This document shows positions 19,342 to 31,044 of a stretch of 64,000 nucleotides of DNA, in pieces. Under the pieces are notes generated by a model. That model was not told the origin of the DNA and did no database searches. It saw only the letters and a program-made list of their open reading frames with translations. The first letter of the stretch is position 1; every line of letters starts with the position of its first letter. Origin of the DNA: Cyanobacteria bacterium REEB446 (GTDB lineage: Bacteria > Cyanobacteriota > Vampirovibrionia > LMEP-6097); NCBI GenBank assembly GCA_018970325.1, contig JAGWWP010000001.1:7889-71888 (forward strand). Direction: 5' to 3'. Made by a program: the position numbers and the translations under genes.

Positions 19342-21933
19342 TTAGTCTGGGCTGGCTTTTGGGGAAAGGTGCTGGAAGGGGAAATTAATTACGCTGTTTC
19401 CTCCAGCTGAAGTATTTTCATCTGCAAATTTGAAATATTCTTGAGTGAAATCTTCATTCTGCCAGTTTTCTATGGATTTTATGAAATTATTAAAAGCCTG
19501 GAAGTTTGTAAAAAATGGTTGTTGATAGTATGTATGTGTTAATTCATTATAAGATTCTGTTAAATAGTCTCCTATAAAAGAGTATGTTTTCCCATCATCA
19601 ATAACAATCTGATGTTCCAAAAATAATTTAAATAGATGACGACTTCTCTCAAAATTTTCTTTTAAAATCTTGAATACCTTTTCTCCAAGATAGTCACGCA
19701 CAGTGCAAACAAGAGCTTTAAAATATTCACCAGTAATAATGTCTCCTTTGTGTAAATAACTCGCAAGAAGATCCTCTATAAATGGATTTGGCAGAAACTG
19801 AGGCTTAGTAGAGTTCAGAGTAAGAAGGTTCTGTGTAACTATTCCAGTTGATTGTAAAATACTGCTAGACTCACGCATTACTCTAGCAATGAATAAATAA
19901 GGTATAAAATCTTTATTAGTAGTAATAGTCATAGTTTTAAGCTGCTCGATTAAATTACTTAAAATATCTTTCTGCTTTTCTGTTTTCATGTTCTTAAAAC
20001 TTGGGGAAGTGATTTGCCGAGATAATAATCTAGCTAAAAAACACTGCTCTAAAGCATCTCTAGAAATAGGTTCGGCTGCTACTCTCAGAAATATACTAAA
20101 AATATTTTCATAGGTTTTATCTATATTAACTATATACTCACTATTAAGTAACCTTTTTAGAGAGAGATATTTCTCGTCCGAGCAGTACTCTTTTAATTTA
20201 ATATCATCTACAGAACTAGCTTCAATAAACTCTTTAAACTCATCTGGTTTAATTTTTGAATTTTCATAATTATAACTAAGAGTAAAATAAAGCTCATAAG
20301 AATAACGGAATCTCATTGAAATAATACCGAGATGCTCTTCTGGAGAATCTGGACGATATCCATCTTGTTTTACTTTTTCACTAATCGGTTCACCAAATAA
20401 ATAACTAAGTAACTCTATAGCTGGCTTAGCTAGAGACTCTGAATCCAGTAATGATAAATAAAAACGAGGTCCTAATTCTAGTTTAATATTACTAGATTGT
20501 AGAATTAAATACTCATAACGCTTCTCCTTCAGCGTTTGGTAAACATCATGATAATTCAAATCTAAAAGCTTAAGTACCAGTAAATCATAGGGATCAACAT
20601 TATCACCTAGAAAATCATAAGCATTATTAAAGCTCTGTGAGAGCTTCTCCAAATCTCTAAAAGTTTTTATTTCTTTAGCTAAAATTTTATAAAGCTTTAC
20701 TTCTCTAGAAAGAATATCTTTGTTGTCATTTGCCTGATTAACTTTGCTAATAATTCTTTCTTTAATCTTTTCAGAAATATGAAGCCTATTCACCAGCATT
20801 GCCACTAAATGACGCTCTGGAATTAAAGGAAGATCAATCTCATTAGGGAAGATTTTATCTAAATATTTAAAATCGAGAGCTGATTTTTCTAAAACCCTGT
20901 GTAGATGCTCTTTATCATAAGCTATGATAAACTTTATTTTTTTAAAACTCGCTAGTTGTCTAACTAACTGTAAAGTTTTGATACACTCCGCTGCTTCTAG
21001 GCGATCTATATCATCAATAATAATTAGGATTTGTTGATCCTGAATGATGTCCGGTAAATGTTTATTGATTTCTTTAAATTCATGCTCACGAGAACCTTCT
21101 AGATTAAATAAAAATGTAAAAGCAGACTGGTATTGAGTATTTAAAAGATTTTTATATCTTTCTAAATTACTATCTAAAGCTAGACTGCGAAGCGGAAATT
21201 CCTTTTTTAACTTTTCCTTTAAAACAGATATAAATTCGGAAGCGATCTGGTTAGGATCTGTACAGTACCAAGGATTGAAGTCTATAAGTAAAAGTTTATC
21301 CTTGTATTTTTTTTCAGCATACTCTTTAATAAATTCTATAGTTTTGGTTTTACCACTGCCCCAAGAAGCTTGTAGACCAAAAATTTCTGCTTCATCCTTA
21401 TATTTGTCATCTGGATTAGGTTTTAGAATCATATCTAAAAATTTTTGAGCAAATTCTTTACGTCCATAATGTTCTTCTTGCTCACTGCTAGAGCTTTTTA
21501 GGCTCTGCTCCTTCTTGCACCAAGCCGTAAATGTTTCTATTACTAAAGCCGTAATCGGTACTATCACTATCACTAAAACTGAGATAGAAGGGAATTTAGA
21601 ATATATAGAATCACTGCCTCCTAAAACAGGAAAATCAAATAAAGATCTAAAAGAATCTATTTTTAAAAACCCAAGAACTGTTACTGCTAATAAAACACCT
21701 AAAGTATCTGGCTTAATGAGTTTCTTAGAACAAGTGAGAAAAATTATGTATAAAATAGATATGCTTATTAGAATCCATGAGAAAAAAATATTATCAAACA
21801 AAGCAAGTACCTGAGTTTGAGGGGATTTTAAAGATAAATTTATTAACTCAATTGATAAAGATAAAGCCAAAAAAGTTAAGGAAAAGCTTTTCAGAAATTC
21901 TACTAAATTAGCTTTGCATTTAACGATAAACAT
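19342..21933 (-). CDS. KAP family P-loop NTPase with N-terminal transmembrane region
   Basis: About four N-terminal TM helices, YGRKEFA, Walker A ASWGSGKT, FNPW, Walker B IIIDDIDRL, YLDKIF. Confidence 0.88.
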   Translation of the reverse strand: MFIVKCKANLVEFLKSFSLTFLALSLSIELINLSLKSPQTQVLALFDNIFFSWILISISILYIIFLTCSKKLIKPDTLGVLLAVTVLGFLKIDSFRSLFDFPVLGGSDSIYSKFPSISVLVIVIVPITALVIETFTAWCKKEQSLKSSSSEQEEHYGRKEFAQKFLDMILKPNPDDKYKDEAEIFGLQASWGSGKTKTIEFIKEYAEKKYKDKLLLIDFNPWYCTDPNQIASEFISVLKEKLKKEFPLRSLALDSNLERYKNLLNTQYQSAFTFLFNLEGSREHEFKEINKHLPDIIQDQQILIIIDDIDRLEAAECIKTLQLVRQLASFKKIKFIIAYDKEHLHRVLEKSALDFKYLDKIFPNEIDLPLIPERHLVAMLVNRLHISEKIKERIISKVNQANDNKDILSREVKLYKILAKEIKTFRDLEKLSQSFNNAYDFLGDNVDPYDLLVLKLLDLNYHDVYQTLKEKRYEYLILQSSNIKLELGPRFYLSLLDSESLAKPAIELLSYLFGEPISEKVKQDGYRPDSPEEHLGIISMRFRYSYELYFTLSYNYENSKIKPDEFKEFIEASSVDDIKLKEYCSDEKYLSLKRLLNSEYIVNIDKTYENIFSIFLRVAAEPISRDALEQCFLARLLSRQITSPSFKNMKTEKQKDILSNLIEQLKTMTITTNKDFIPYLFIARVMRESSSILQSTGIVTQNLLTLNSTKPQFLPNPFIEDLLASYLHKGDIITGEYFKALVCTVRDYLGEKVFKILKENFERSRHLFKLFLEHQIVIDDGKTYSFIGDYLTESYNELTHTYYQQPFFTNFQAFNNFIKSIENWQNEDFTQEYFKFADENTSAGGNSVINFPFQHLSPKASPD

Positions 21934-22219
21934 TGTTAGTCCCAGAATGACCGCCTATATTTAAAACAAGTATATGTAAAGAACCGTTGCTAAATTCCCA
22001 AATAATTCTAATATCACCGCTAATAAAAGAGCTGTAAACTTTACCATCATACATGGCAGTATTCACACCGTGAGTATTTAAGTTAGGAGAAAAAGGATCT
22101 ACAGAGAGACTTTCTAAAGCTTTACTAATTTGCTTTTCTAAAATCTTACTTTTTTTACAAAGCTTGGCATACTTCTTTGCTGCAAATTTTGTAAATTCAA
22201 TTTTATAATTATCGCTCAT
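21920..22219 (-). CDS. RelE/YafQ-like mRNA interferase toxin
   Basis: 99 aa; YKIEFT, L..DPF.P.L.TH, DIRIIW, IGGH pattern; lies downstream of an antitoxin-like gene. Confidence 0.75.
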   Translation of the reverse strand: MSDNYKIEFTKFAAKKYAKLCKKSKILEKQISKALESLSVDPFSPNLNTHGVNTAMYDGKVYSSFISGDIRIIWEFSNGSLHILVLNIGGHSGTNNVYR

Positions 22220-22237
22220 GTTTTTATAAGGATCTTA

Positions 22238-22642
22238 TCAATCATCCTCTTCAGCAAAATCAATCAGAGACTTGTGAAATGAAGCACTCTTAGGATTAAA
22301 AACCTTAACTTTACCTTGCTTTTTATCTTCTAGACTTTTTAACAATTCATCTTGCTCTTCGTTAGACAAATTAATAGAAGGCATTTTACTATTCAAAGAT
22401 ATATTAATGTTTTCTTGAAGAAAATTATTAATTAAAAATCTAACAACATCAGTGACTGAATCAAAACCTGCACTTTCTGCTTTAAGTTCAAGATGCCTCT
22501 TCTTTTCAGAACTAATTGGGATCTGTATTCTAGTGTCTTTATCGTTAACCTTTTTGGTAGCAGGTCTTGCTACTTGTATAAGTGCATGCAGTGAACCCAC
22601 CTTAGTAGACTTTTTTGATATATTTCTATCATTTTTTAGCAT
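22238..22642 (-). CDS. Putative RHH-type antitoxin
   Basis: TRIQIPISSEKK...AESAGFDSVTDVVRFLI (RHH-like), acidic C-terminus, upstream of RelE-like gene. Confidence 0.6.
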   Translation of the reverse strand: MLKNDRNISKKSTKVGSLHALIQVARPATKKVNDKDTRIQIPISSEKKRHLELKAESAGFDSVTDVVRFLINNFLQENINISLNSKMPSINLSNEEQDELLKSLEDKKQGKVKVFNPKSASFHKSLIDFAEEDD

Positions 22643-22700
22643 CTATTATCAAATTATACCCATTTAAGTTAAAAATTAGTAAATTCATGGAAATCTGGTT

Positions 22701-25700
22701 TCACTCACCCTTCACATCCTTCCTCCCAATCCAAGCATAAAGACAAGGAATAATAAACAGAGTAAGGAAAGTAGAGAAAAGCATACCAGCGACTATAACA
22801 ACACCCAGACTCTGACGGGATTGTGAGCCTATTCCTGTAGCTAAGGCGATAGGTAATATACCTAAAACAGTCGCTAAAGCTGTCATTAATATAGGTCTTA
22901 AACGCAGTCTACAAGCCGCCTGTATCGCATCATAGACTGGCATTTTTTCACGTTGCTGATCTATAAACTCGACTAAGAGAATACCATTTTTAGAAGCTAG
23001 CCCGATTAGCATTACTATACCGATCTGGCTGTAGATGTTAATGCTGATGTTATTAAACTGTGGAATTACGAACTGTATCCAGAAAGGCGCTCCTAGAGCT
23101 ATGGCTGTTTTCGTAATCAGTGGGAAAAGCTGGAATAGAGCAAGTCCTAGAAGACCGCCAGTAATCGCTAGTGGTACTGTAAATAAAATAACGAGTGGAC
23201 TTCTAAAGCTCTCAAACTGCCCAGCGAGAAACAGATAGGCGAAAAGTAATGCTATCGCAAAGGTAATATAGAGAGCGGTATTACTTTCCTTTTCCTCTCT
23301 AGAAACGCCTTTATAATCTATCTCGAAGTCTACTGGCTTATCTGGAGATTCAGCAACGATTTTAAAAATCAGTTTTTCTAAATCTCTTAAACCTTCACTA
23401 GCTGGTACTCCGGGAACTGGTGCTGCTTGAATGCTTACGGAGCGTCTTCTGTTTAAGTGATTCCATTCTTCTACACCTACTTTAGGAGTGACTTCTATTA
23501 AGTTAGACAGAGCGATTAATTGCCCGCTTTCTGTTTTAATCGGTACTTCGCCTAGTTTACGAATTTCATCTTTTTCATATTTAGGTAGCCTCGCTATAAC
23601 CTTATAATTTTCACCTTTAAGGTTAAATTCAGTCAGATCATCGCTAGCGAAGAGTATCTGTAAACTACGCGCTATCTCACGCATATTCACGCCAAGCTTT
23701 TGAGCCTTATCCCTGTCTATGCGTACTTCTAACTCTGGTTTATTAAAACTCAAATCAGATTTACTGAATATCAGTCTAGGTAAGCTGTTCGCTTCAGCGA
23801 GTATTTTTTTACTCAGTTTAGATAGAAAATCTATATTTTGACTTTTTAAAACTATTTCTATCGGTAGTGAGCCAAAACCCGTTTCTGGTCCTGAAGATGG
23901 GAATATCGGCAAGACGAAAGCCTCTGGAATAGATCTAAACGTGTCGAATAATGGTCCAGCTATCGCAAAAACATTTTTAGAACGCTCATCCCAAGGTATT
24001 AATCTGTTAATCATAATTCCCTGATTGACTTTACCTGGTCCATCTCTACCGAAGGCAGCTACAGAGATAATAGTATCCATTTCAGGGATTTTATTTAATA
24101 TATTTTCTGCCTTGCGCATCTGTTTATCTAGATAATCTAAGTTAGTTCCAGTGCGGGTTTGGATTAATGTTAAGAAATTCCCTCTGTCTTCATTAGGTAT
24201 AAAATCTTTAGGAATATAGATGAACATTGCTGCTGAGATTAGGCTACAGCTAAGTGCACTCAGTATAACTATGGTTCTTTTATGTCTTAGACAGAATGGA
24301 ATGCTGTTTACATAAGTATTTTCGATAAAATCATAAAAAGCACCGATAGCTCCTAGTATATTACCGATAAAAGTTTTTCTTGAACTTGTACCTTTGGCAA
24401 CAGTACCATTATGTCTAAGGATTTTAGAGCAGAGCATCGGCGCTAAGGTTAAAGCGACGAAAGCAGATATGAGGGTAGCAAAACATAGTGAAAACGCAAA
24501 TTCAGAAAGTAATCTGCCCGAGAGACCTTTTAGAAAGGCTACTGGTAAGAAGATAACTATAAGTACTAGAGTCGTCGCCATTACGGCTAGAGTGATCTCC
24601 TTAGTACCTTCTTTAGCAGCTAATTTAGGGTCATAGCCTTCTTCTATCTTCCTATAGACATTCTCTAGGACTATGATCGAATCATCTACTACTATACCTA
24701 TCGCTATTACTAAGCCTAATAGTGTCATCAGATTTATAGTGAAACCTAGTACTGCAAGACCGCCCATAACCCCTATGATACTTATAGGGATAGAGATAGC
24801 TGGGATTAAAGTACTTCTTAAGTTTCTCAGGAAAAGAAAAATAATAATAATAACAAGTAAGCTAGAAAAAAGAACAGTAAAGAAAAGGTCTTCTATACTG
24901 TATTTGATAAATTTTGCAGAGTCAAAACCGACTTCCATACTTATATCTTTAGGTATTTTAGTTTTTAATTCCTTAATACGCTTGTGTACTTCATCTGAAA
25001 TTTGTATCGTATTAGCTTTAGACTGTTTTACGACCCCGAGTCCAAAACCCTTTTCACCATTAAATCTAACGAAGCTTCTATCATTTTCTGCTCCTTCTTT
25101 AATGTCTGCAACATCGCTTAAGCGTATTACGCCAGTTGGAGTCCGCTTGATGATTAAGTTAGCATAGGCTTCTACTGTTTTAAGCGTGGCATCGACTTTA
25201 ACACTAAATTCGGTATTTTTAGATTCGATTAAACCACCAGGAAGTTCTAGGTTATTATCACGCATCGCTTTTTCTAAATCAAGGACACTAAGATTATGAT
25301 AAGCCAGCTTCTGAGGGTCTAAGAGAACTTGAATAGATTTACGTTTCTCGCCACCGAATATTACTTTACTTACGCCATCTATGGTCTGGAAATAGTCTTT
25401 AATATTACTGTCTACATACTCAGAGAGTTCCAGTAAATCTCTTTCGTCAGATTTGATTAAAATCCACATTATAGGGCTCGCATCAGCTTCGGCTTTAGCG
25501 ATCTGTGGGTCATTAGCGTTATCTGGTAGCTTGGAAGCTATTCTAGATACCTTTTCCCTAACGTCTTGGGCAGCAGTATCTATATTTTTAGATAGCTCAA
25601 ACTCTACTACTACTGAGCTAACTTGATCTCTACTGTTAGAGATTAAAGACTTAATACCACTGATACTCGTAAGCTCTTCTTCGATAATGTTAGTAAGCTC

Positions 25701-25883
25701 ACTTTCTATGACTTCAGCATTAGCACCAGGGTAGACGGTAGTCACAGTGACTATCGGTGCATCTATATCTGGGTATTCCCTTATGGGCAGGCGGGTAAAA
25801 GAAATTAAACCGACCAAAACTATCAGCAGTGAAAAAACACTAGCCAAGACTGGTCTATTAACTGATAAATCACTAATCGACAC
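22701..25883 (-). CDS. RND efflux permease (AcrB/AcrD/AcrF family)
   Basis: RPVLA, LPIREYPDID, GIVVDDSIIVLEN, KNGILLVEF, RLRPILMT. Confidence 0.97.
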   Translation of the reverse strand: MSISDLSVNRPVLASVFSLLIVLVGLISFTRLPIREYPDIDAPIVTVTTVYPGANAEVIESELTNIIEEELTSISGIKSLISNSRDQVSSVVVEFELSKNIDTAAQDVREKVSRIASKLPDNANDPQIAKAEADASPIMWILIKSDERDLLELSEYVDSNIKDYFQTIDGVSKVIFGGEKRKSIQVLLDPQKLAYHNLSVLDLEKAMRDNNLELPGGLIESKNTEFSVKVDATLKTVEAYANLIIKRTPTGVIRLSDVADIKEGAENDRSFVRFNGEKGFGLGVVKQSKANTIQISDEVHKRIKELKTKIPKDISMEVGFDSAKFIKYSIEDLFFTVLFSSLLVIIIIFLFLRNLRSTLIPAISIPISIIGVMGGLAVLGFTINLMTLLGLVIAIGIVVDDSIIVLENVYRKIEEGYDPKLAAKEGTKEITLAVMATTLVLIVIFLPVAFLKGLSGRLLSEFAFSLCFATLISAFVALTLAPMLCSKILRHNGTVAKGTSSRKTFIGNILGAIGAFYDFIENTYVNSIPFCLRHKRTIVILSALSCSLISAAMFIYIPKDFIPNEDRGNFLTLIQTRTGTNLDYLDKQMRKAENILNKIPEMDTIISVAAFGRDGPGKVNQGIMINRLIPWDERSKNVFAIAGPLFDTFRSIPEAFVLPIFPSSGPETGFGSLPIEIVLKSQNIDFLSKLSKKILAEANSLPRLIFSKSDLSFNKPELEVRIDRDKAQKLGVNMREIARSLQILFASDDLTEFNLKGENYKVIARLPKYEKDEIRKLGEVPIKTESGQLIALSNLIEVTPKVGVEEWNHLNRRRSVSIQAAPVPGVPASEGLRDLEKLIFKIVAESPDKPVDFEIDYKGVSREEKESNTALYITFAIALLFAYLFLAGQFESFRSPLVILFTVPLAITGGLLGLALFQLFPLITKTAIALGAPFWIQFVIPQFNNISINIYSQIGIVMLIGLASKNGILLVEFIDQQREKMPVYDAIQAACRLRLRPILMTALATVLGILPIALATGIGSQSRQSLGVVIVAGMLFSTFLTLFIIPCLYAWIGRKDVKGE

Positions 25884-26877
25884 GGCTTAATTTAGCTCCT
25901 TCATAAATACTGTAGAGACCAGCATAGATAACTAATTCACCTTCATTAATACCCTTAGTAATTTCTACTAAGGCGTTTTTTCTCAGACCTGTTTCGACAG
26001 GCTTTTTAACAGCATTGTAGAAACCATCTTCACTAGCAGGTTCTGCAATAAAAACATATTCCTGTCCTTGATCTAGATAGATAGCTTCCTCTCTGACGGC
26101 TAGGATATTATTTTTGTCTTTTACTTTCTGCTTAATTCTAATATACTGATTAGGCTTTAGAATATTAGTGTTATTAGCTAAGCTGGCTCTGACCAGTACG
26201 GATTTAGTTTCAGAATTTACACTAGGTGAAATAAAATCGATGCGTGCTTTAGTTACCACGGTCTTATCGACGTCACTAGTAAGATCTAATTCCAGACCTA
26301 GGCTGACATAGGGTATAAGCCTCTCTGGAATAGTATAGGAAACTCTTAAAGGATGAACTTTTACTAATTCTAGAATCGGGTCACCGACTCTGACGTAGTC
26401 ACCAGGATCTACTATGATCTTTCCTATTACTCCAGAACTAATAGCCTTTATAAGTAAGTTTCCATAACTAGCTTCTACATTTCTTAAAGCAGTTTCATAT
26501 ACAAGAAACTCTGTTCTAGAAATAGCTTCCTCATCATAGAGTTTTTTAAAGATTCGATAATTTTCTTGTGCTTTAGCTAATTCAGCTTTAATATCATCAC
26601 CTTTAATTTTTACTAAAGGCTGCCCTTCGCTTACTGAGTCACCTTCCCTTACTAAAATACTATTTACTTGCCCAGCTCTTTCTGCGGCGACAGTTATTTC
26701 TCTATAAGCTTTTAGCTCAGCTACTGTTTCAAAATCTTGTTCTAGATTGGTTCTTGCAGCAGCTTCGAATTTAACAGGCAGTGGGCGTGAGGGTTTAGCT
26801 GGAGGATTTTTCTGTGAGCAAGCGAAGCTAAGAAAGCAGAAAAACATTATTGAAACTAGGGGAGCTATTTTAGACAT
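25873..26877 (-). CDS. RND membrane fusion protein (lipoprotein)
   Basis: Lipobox-like SFAC, lipoyl-like VREGDSVSEGQPL, adjacent to the RND permease. Confidence 0.92.
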   Translation of the reverse strand: MSKIAPLVSIMFFCFLSFACSQKNPPAKPSRPLPVKFEAAARTNLEQDFETVAELKAYREITVAAERAGQVNSILVREGDSVSEGQPLVKIKGDDIKAELAKAQENYRIFKKLYDEEAISRTEFLVYETALRNVEASYGNLLIKAISSGVIGKIIVDPGDYVRVGDPILELVKVHPLRVSYTIPERLIPYVSLGLELDLTSDVDKTVVTKARIDFISPSVNSETKSVLVRASLANNTNILKPNQYIRIKQKVKDKNNILAVREEAIYLDQGQEYVFIAEPASEDGFYNAVKKPVETGLRKNALVEITKGINEGELVIYAGLYSIYEGAKLSRVD

Positions 26878-26921
26878 GAATCTCAGATATAATCATAACC
26901 TAGCCCCTTAAGGAATTTAAA

Positions 26922-27710
26922 ATGTCTTTGCTGCGTGAATTTAAAAAATTTTCTGATAACTTGGCTGCTGTATTTGATTTAAGCTCGCTGCGAAATCCTT
27001 CTAATCCCACTCTTGCTTTAAATCTTTTGACTAAAAATAATGAAAAGACTATTAAAGCTGCTTTAGAATCCTGCCATGATGTAGTTGATGAGATAATCGT
27101 AGTGGATACTGGTTCTAGCGATGCGACTAAATCTATCTTAAAATCTTATCCGAAGGTGAAACTCATAGAGGAAGAGAGTTTTAAGGGTTATAGTTATCAC
27201 CGTAATCAGGCGATCAAGGCTACTAATAGTGACTGGATTTTAGTCTTTGATAGTGATGAATTTTTATCTACCTTTTTAGCAGAAAGGATTAGGCAGCTTA
27301 TTTGCTCTAAAATTTTTTCTAAATATCGTATGTATAGTCGCTGGATTAATAAAATTTACGAAGATGGCTCCGCGACCTATGTAGCTCCGAATAAAAATTT
27401 TAAAGGCAGGTATAATGCACGTACTAGGCTCTTTCGTAATCTAGAGGGGATAGAGTTTCGTGGTGAGATACATGAATCGGTTTTTGGTTTAGAGAAGATT
27501 CGTTTTAAAGATCTCCCGCATAATTATGCGGTTTATCATTTAGATGTAGCTGTAAATACTATAGAGCAGCGTTTAGAAAAAACTGTAAATCGTAATCGTT
27601 TAAAACCAGGTACTGCCTACCCAGAGGAGTATTTACCAGAGCTTTATAAGTTTAAGTATAGACTGGTAGATGGGGCTGATTTAGCTTTATTGAAATATGT
27701 AAGTCTTTAA
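26922..27710 (+). CDS. Glycosyltransferase family 2
   Basis: TKNNE, DEIIVVDTGSSDAT, RNQAI, WILVFDSDE, GEIHE. Confidence 0.92.
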   Translation: MSLLREFKKFSDNLAAVFDLSSLRNPSNPTLALNLLTKNNEKTIKAALESCHDVVDEIIVVDTGSSDATKSILKSYPKVKLIEEESFKGYSYHRNQAIKATNSDWILVFDSDEFLSTFLAERIRQLICSKIFSKYRMYSRWINKIYEDGSATYVAPNKNFKGRYNARTRLFRNLEGIEFRGEIHESVFGLEKIRFKDLPHNYAVYHLDVAVNTIEQRLEKTVNRNRLKPGTAYPEEYLPELYKFKYRLVDGADLALLKYVSL

Positions 27711-27819
27711 TTTGGCTTAAAAAGTAGAAAGATAGCAGGTTTAAGGCTTTTTCTTAATAGGAATTTAATTTTTGGAATATATAAGTACACTAGGGTCTTA
27801 GTAAGACTTGGTTTGGCTT

Positions 27820-30800
27820 ATGGAAATTAATAACACTAGAGCACAGACAGTTGAATATTTAAAACTTTATCAGGATTTGCTTTCTCGCTTTGCTGTAGAT
27901 GATCGCAAGATAGGATCTACTGAGCAGGCTGTAATTAGTTTTATTGATGTAAATGGTAATTCTGTTTTAGATACTACCGAACAGGCAAATCTGAATAGTT
28001 TTAATTTAAAGCTTGATCAGATTATTACTAATTCAGCGACTTACCTAGATTCTCGGGGGCAGTTTGCTAATAATATTGATTTAGATGGACTTAATGGTAT
28101 AGATTTACAGGATAAAACTATCTTTGATCGAATTATTAGTATTTCTGAAAATGTTTACGAAAAAATGGAAAAATATCTAATGGGCTCTTTACAGACAGGT
28201 AAAGTCTTTATTTTAGATACTTCTTTTAATGAGTATGACATGGCACAGCTTTTAGACGCCACGAAAAATAGTAGGGAAAATTATTTATATCCAATTGCTT
28301 GGTCCAATGATGCAAGTAGAGTAGCAAAGATGGCGGCAAGTGTACCACCGTTATCGGCAGTTGCTTTTCGGGAATTATTCAATGGTAATCAGGCATTATC
28401 GCCTCCTGTTATTGGATTATTTGATGAAGGTTTAACTTTAAGTCAAGCGGAGAAAGTTTTAAGTTTAATAGATAGCGGTATAACACAATCTGACCGTTTA
28501 CGTTTTTATGCAAAGATATTAGATAGTGGGGTACCAATATCAACTTTAACAATAAGAGCATTCAATACTTTGTGTAACAAAGCAGAGTTTGCTGGTGTAA
28601 GTGTATCTCCAACGGCTGAGATAAAGACGGCGGGCGGTGGGATAAATGTAACATCATTTACTGGAGGTTCAGGAACGTCAGGAGATACAGCTGGTGATCA
28701 TTTAAATCATTTAATGAATATATTGTTGAAGTCTGGAAATCCAGATCCTGATATAGCTTCACAGCAGTCTCGATATTTAGAAGGGAGTTTACAGGCTGGT
28801 GAGGTTTCAATTACAGAAAAACCTTTAACTTACACAAATTTAATGGAGTTGAATGATGTTGTTGGCAATACAGTTGAGTTTAATAAACTATACATTGACC
28901 CATGGATAGAGGATCGTGCTGGTAAATTTACTGTACCATCGATTACAGAAGCAGAGTTTAAAGTTTTATTTGAAGATTTATTTGATAGAAATTGGAATTT
29001 AACGCAAGCACAGAAGCTTCTGGATTTGTTTGATCAAGGTATTAAAAAGAAAGATACCCTAGAGTTTTACGCAAAGATGATAGAAGAAGATAATTCTTTA
29101 TCAGCAAGGACAATATTTTTATTAGAGGACTATCGTAATAGTTTAGGAGTTGATTTTAAGATAAAGGCTGGTGGTGAATTGATTGGGACGAAAACGGAGA
29201 CCGATCTTGGAGGGGGATTGTATAAGACAGAGTATAAATATCCAAATCCAGTATTTGAGGCAGATATTCCAGCAGGAGCCACAGCCACAGATATAGAAAA
29301 TTATAAAAAGAAGGCATTTCAATTAAATCAGCTTGGAGAAACACTATTTAAGAAGATAGCTCCCAAGGGTCTAACTGAATCATCTAAAGACTACGCTTCT
29401 AGATTGAAAGCTACAGAAGATGCTATGCAGCAGCCAAGCCATTTATTAGAGGGTATGTTATCAGATAGACAATCAAAATTAATGATCTCGGGAAAAAATT
29501 TTTCTTATGAAAATGTAATGGATTTAGTGCTTGCAGCAGGTGATTTAGGAGCAGAAAGTTTTAGTTTTAATGGAACATTACCAACAAATACAATGTCAGT
29601 GACATATTACAAGGATACTCAGGCGACAAATAAATTGTATGCGGAAGGTTGGTCGAATGATGCAAGTAGAGTAACGAAGATGGCAGCGAGTGTACCACCG
29701 TTATCCGTAGTTGCTTTTCAGGAGTTATTTAATGGCAATCGAGGATTGGGAGTAACGGGATTATTTGATGAGGGTTTAGGCTTAGATCAAGCGAATAAAG
29801 TATTAGATTTAATAGATAGCGGTATAACAGATGTAAATCGTTTAAAGTTTTATGGACGTTTATTAGATAGTGGTGTATTGATATCAACTCTAACGATAAA
29901 AGCATTTGATAATTTATGGAAGAAAGCAGAGTTTGCTGGTGTAAATGTGTCTCCATTAGGTCAAATAAAGGGACCTAGTGGAATTAACGTAACAGCATTT
30001 AGTGGCGGTTCTGGACCAGCAGGAAACACTCCAGGAGACCATTTAAATCATTTGATGAATATATTGTTAAAGGCAGGGGATCCAGATCCTAGTATAGCTT
30101 CACAGCAGTCTAGATATTTACAAGGAAGTTTGCAGGCTGGAGAGGTTGCAATTACAGGAAAACCTTTAACATACACAAATTTAATGGAAGTGAATGATGC
30201 CATATCTGACTCCGAGACATTTGATAAACTTAGAATTCAGTATTGGACTAAGGGCTTAAGTGCCCAGCAGCTAGGAAACCGTAACAGACAGGATATAAAT
30301 AGAGTTTTTAATCGTCTATATGAGCAAAGTAATTATAATACTATTCAAGAATTTCAACGTCTTCTTGATGAAACAGGTATTTACGATCCTTCAGGCTTAA
30401 ATTATTACAAAGATCTGATGGAGGCAATGGAAAGAAATAAGGCTTTTACTTTAAGTCTTGCTACTTTTGATAATGCGATAGCCTCTTCTAGAGAACTTGA
30501 TACTTATATAGATTTAAACACCGCTAATACGAGACCCACGGCAGCAAGGCAAATAGATGAAGTATGGACTCAGCCTCTTCCAACACCTCTAATTAATTCT
30601 TCACATTCTAACTATACTGCTCATAGAGGGGCTTTTATTGACTTAATTAATGCCACAGGTTCGATAGCTAAAACGCAGGCATATTTTGTTTCGGATATCT
30701 ATGGAAGCCTAACGAATAAAGATGACATCTTAACTTATAAAGATGCTTATATCACTGGAGGAGCCAGTGCTCATACTTTATCTGAGCTACAGAAATTCAG

Positions 30801-31044
30801 AATAGATGAAGGACTCACTTGGTCTCAGACACAAACTTTAATAGATTTACTTGAAGACCCTGCGGGAGCAGCTCACGCCCCTAGTGGGGTAGTAGATCCA
30901 CAGCGTGCAAGAAAGCATGAGCTTTTAAAGGAAGCATTAGCATTTGGTGAGCTTCCTAACACTGTTAGTTTAGATTATCAGCCTCTTAATTATGCTGCAC
31001 TGATGACTCTTTTAAGCTCTGTTAAAGCAGATGGTTCTATTTAA
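27820..31044 (+). CDS. Large hypothetical repeat protein with EF-hand-like loops
   Basis: [12 protein letters not shown] and [12 protein letters not shown] loops; internal ~185-aa repeated domain. Probable start is ATG 27820 (ORF track starts at TTG 27808). Confidence 0.75.
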   Translation: MEINNTRAQTVEYLKLYQDLLSRFAVDDRKIGSTEQAVISFIDVNGNSVLDTTEQANLNSFNLKLDQIITNSATYLDSRGQFANNIDLDGLNGIDLQDKTIFDRIISISENVYEKMEKYLMGSLQTGKVFILDTSFNEYDMAQLLDATKNSRENYLYPIAWSNDASRVAKMAASVPPLSAVAFRELFNGNQALSPPVIGLFDEGLTLSQAEKVLSLIDSGITQSDRLRFYAKILDSGVPISTLTIRAFNTLCNKAEFAGVSVSPTAEIKTAGGGINVTSFTGGSGTSGDTAGDHLNHLMNILLKSGNPDPDIASQQSRYLEGSLQAGEVSITEKPLTYTNLMELNDVVGNTVEFNKLYIDPWIEDRAGKFTVPSITEAEFKVLFEDLFDRNWNLTQAQKLLDLFDQGIKKKDTLEFYAKMIEEDNSLSARTIFLLEDYRNSLGVDFKIKAGGELIGTKTETDLGGGLYKTEYKYPNPVFEADIPAGATATDIENYKKKAFQLNQLGETLFKKIAPKGLTESSKDYASRLKATEDAMQQPSHLLEGMLSDRQSKLMISGKNFSYENVMDLVLAAGDLGAESFSFNGTLPTNTMSVTYYKDTQATNKLYAEGWSNDASRVTKMAASVPPLSVVAFQELFNGNRGLGVTGLFDEGLGLDQANKVLDLIDSGITDVNRLKFYGRLLDSGVLISTLTIKAFDNLWKKAEFAGVNVSPLGQIKGPSGINVTAFSGGSGPAGNTPGDHLNHLMNILLKAGDPDPSIASQQSRYLQGSLQAGEVAITGKPLTYTNLMEVNDAISDSETFDKLRIQYWTKGLSAQQLGNRNRQDINRVFNRLYEQSNYNTIQEFQRLLDETGIYDPSGLNYYKDLMEAMERNKAFTLSLATFDNAIASSRELDTYIDLNTANTRPTAARQIDEVWTQPLPTPLINSSHSNYTAHRGAFIDLINATGSIAKTQAYFVSDIYGSLTNKDDILTYKDAYITGGASAHTLSELQKFRIDEGLTWSQTQTLIDLLEDPAGAAHAPSGVVDPQRARKHELLKEALAFGELPNTVSLDYQPLNYAALMTLLSSVKADGSI
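28300..30199 (+). repeat. Intragenic duplication: 28300-28858 and 29650-30199
   Basis: Both copies run [27 protein letters not shown] ... [12 protein letters not shown], with clear DNA-level similarity. Confidence 0.9.
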
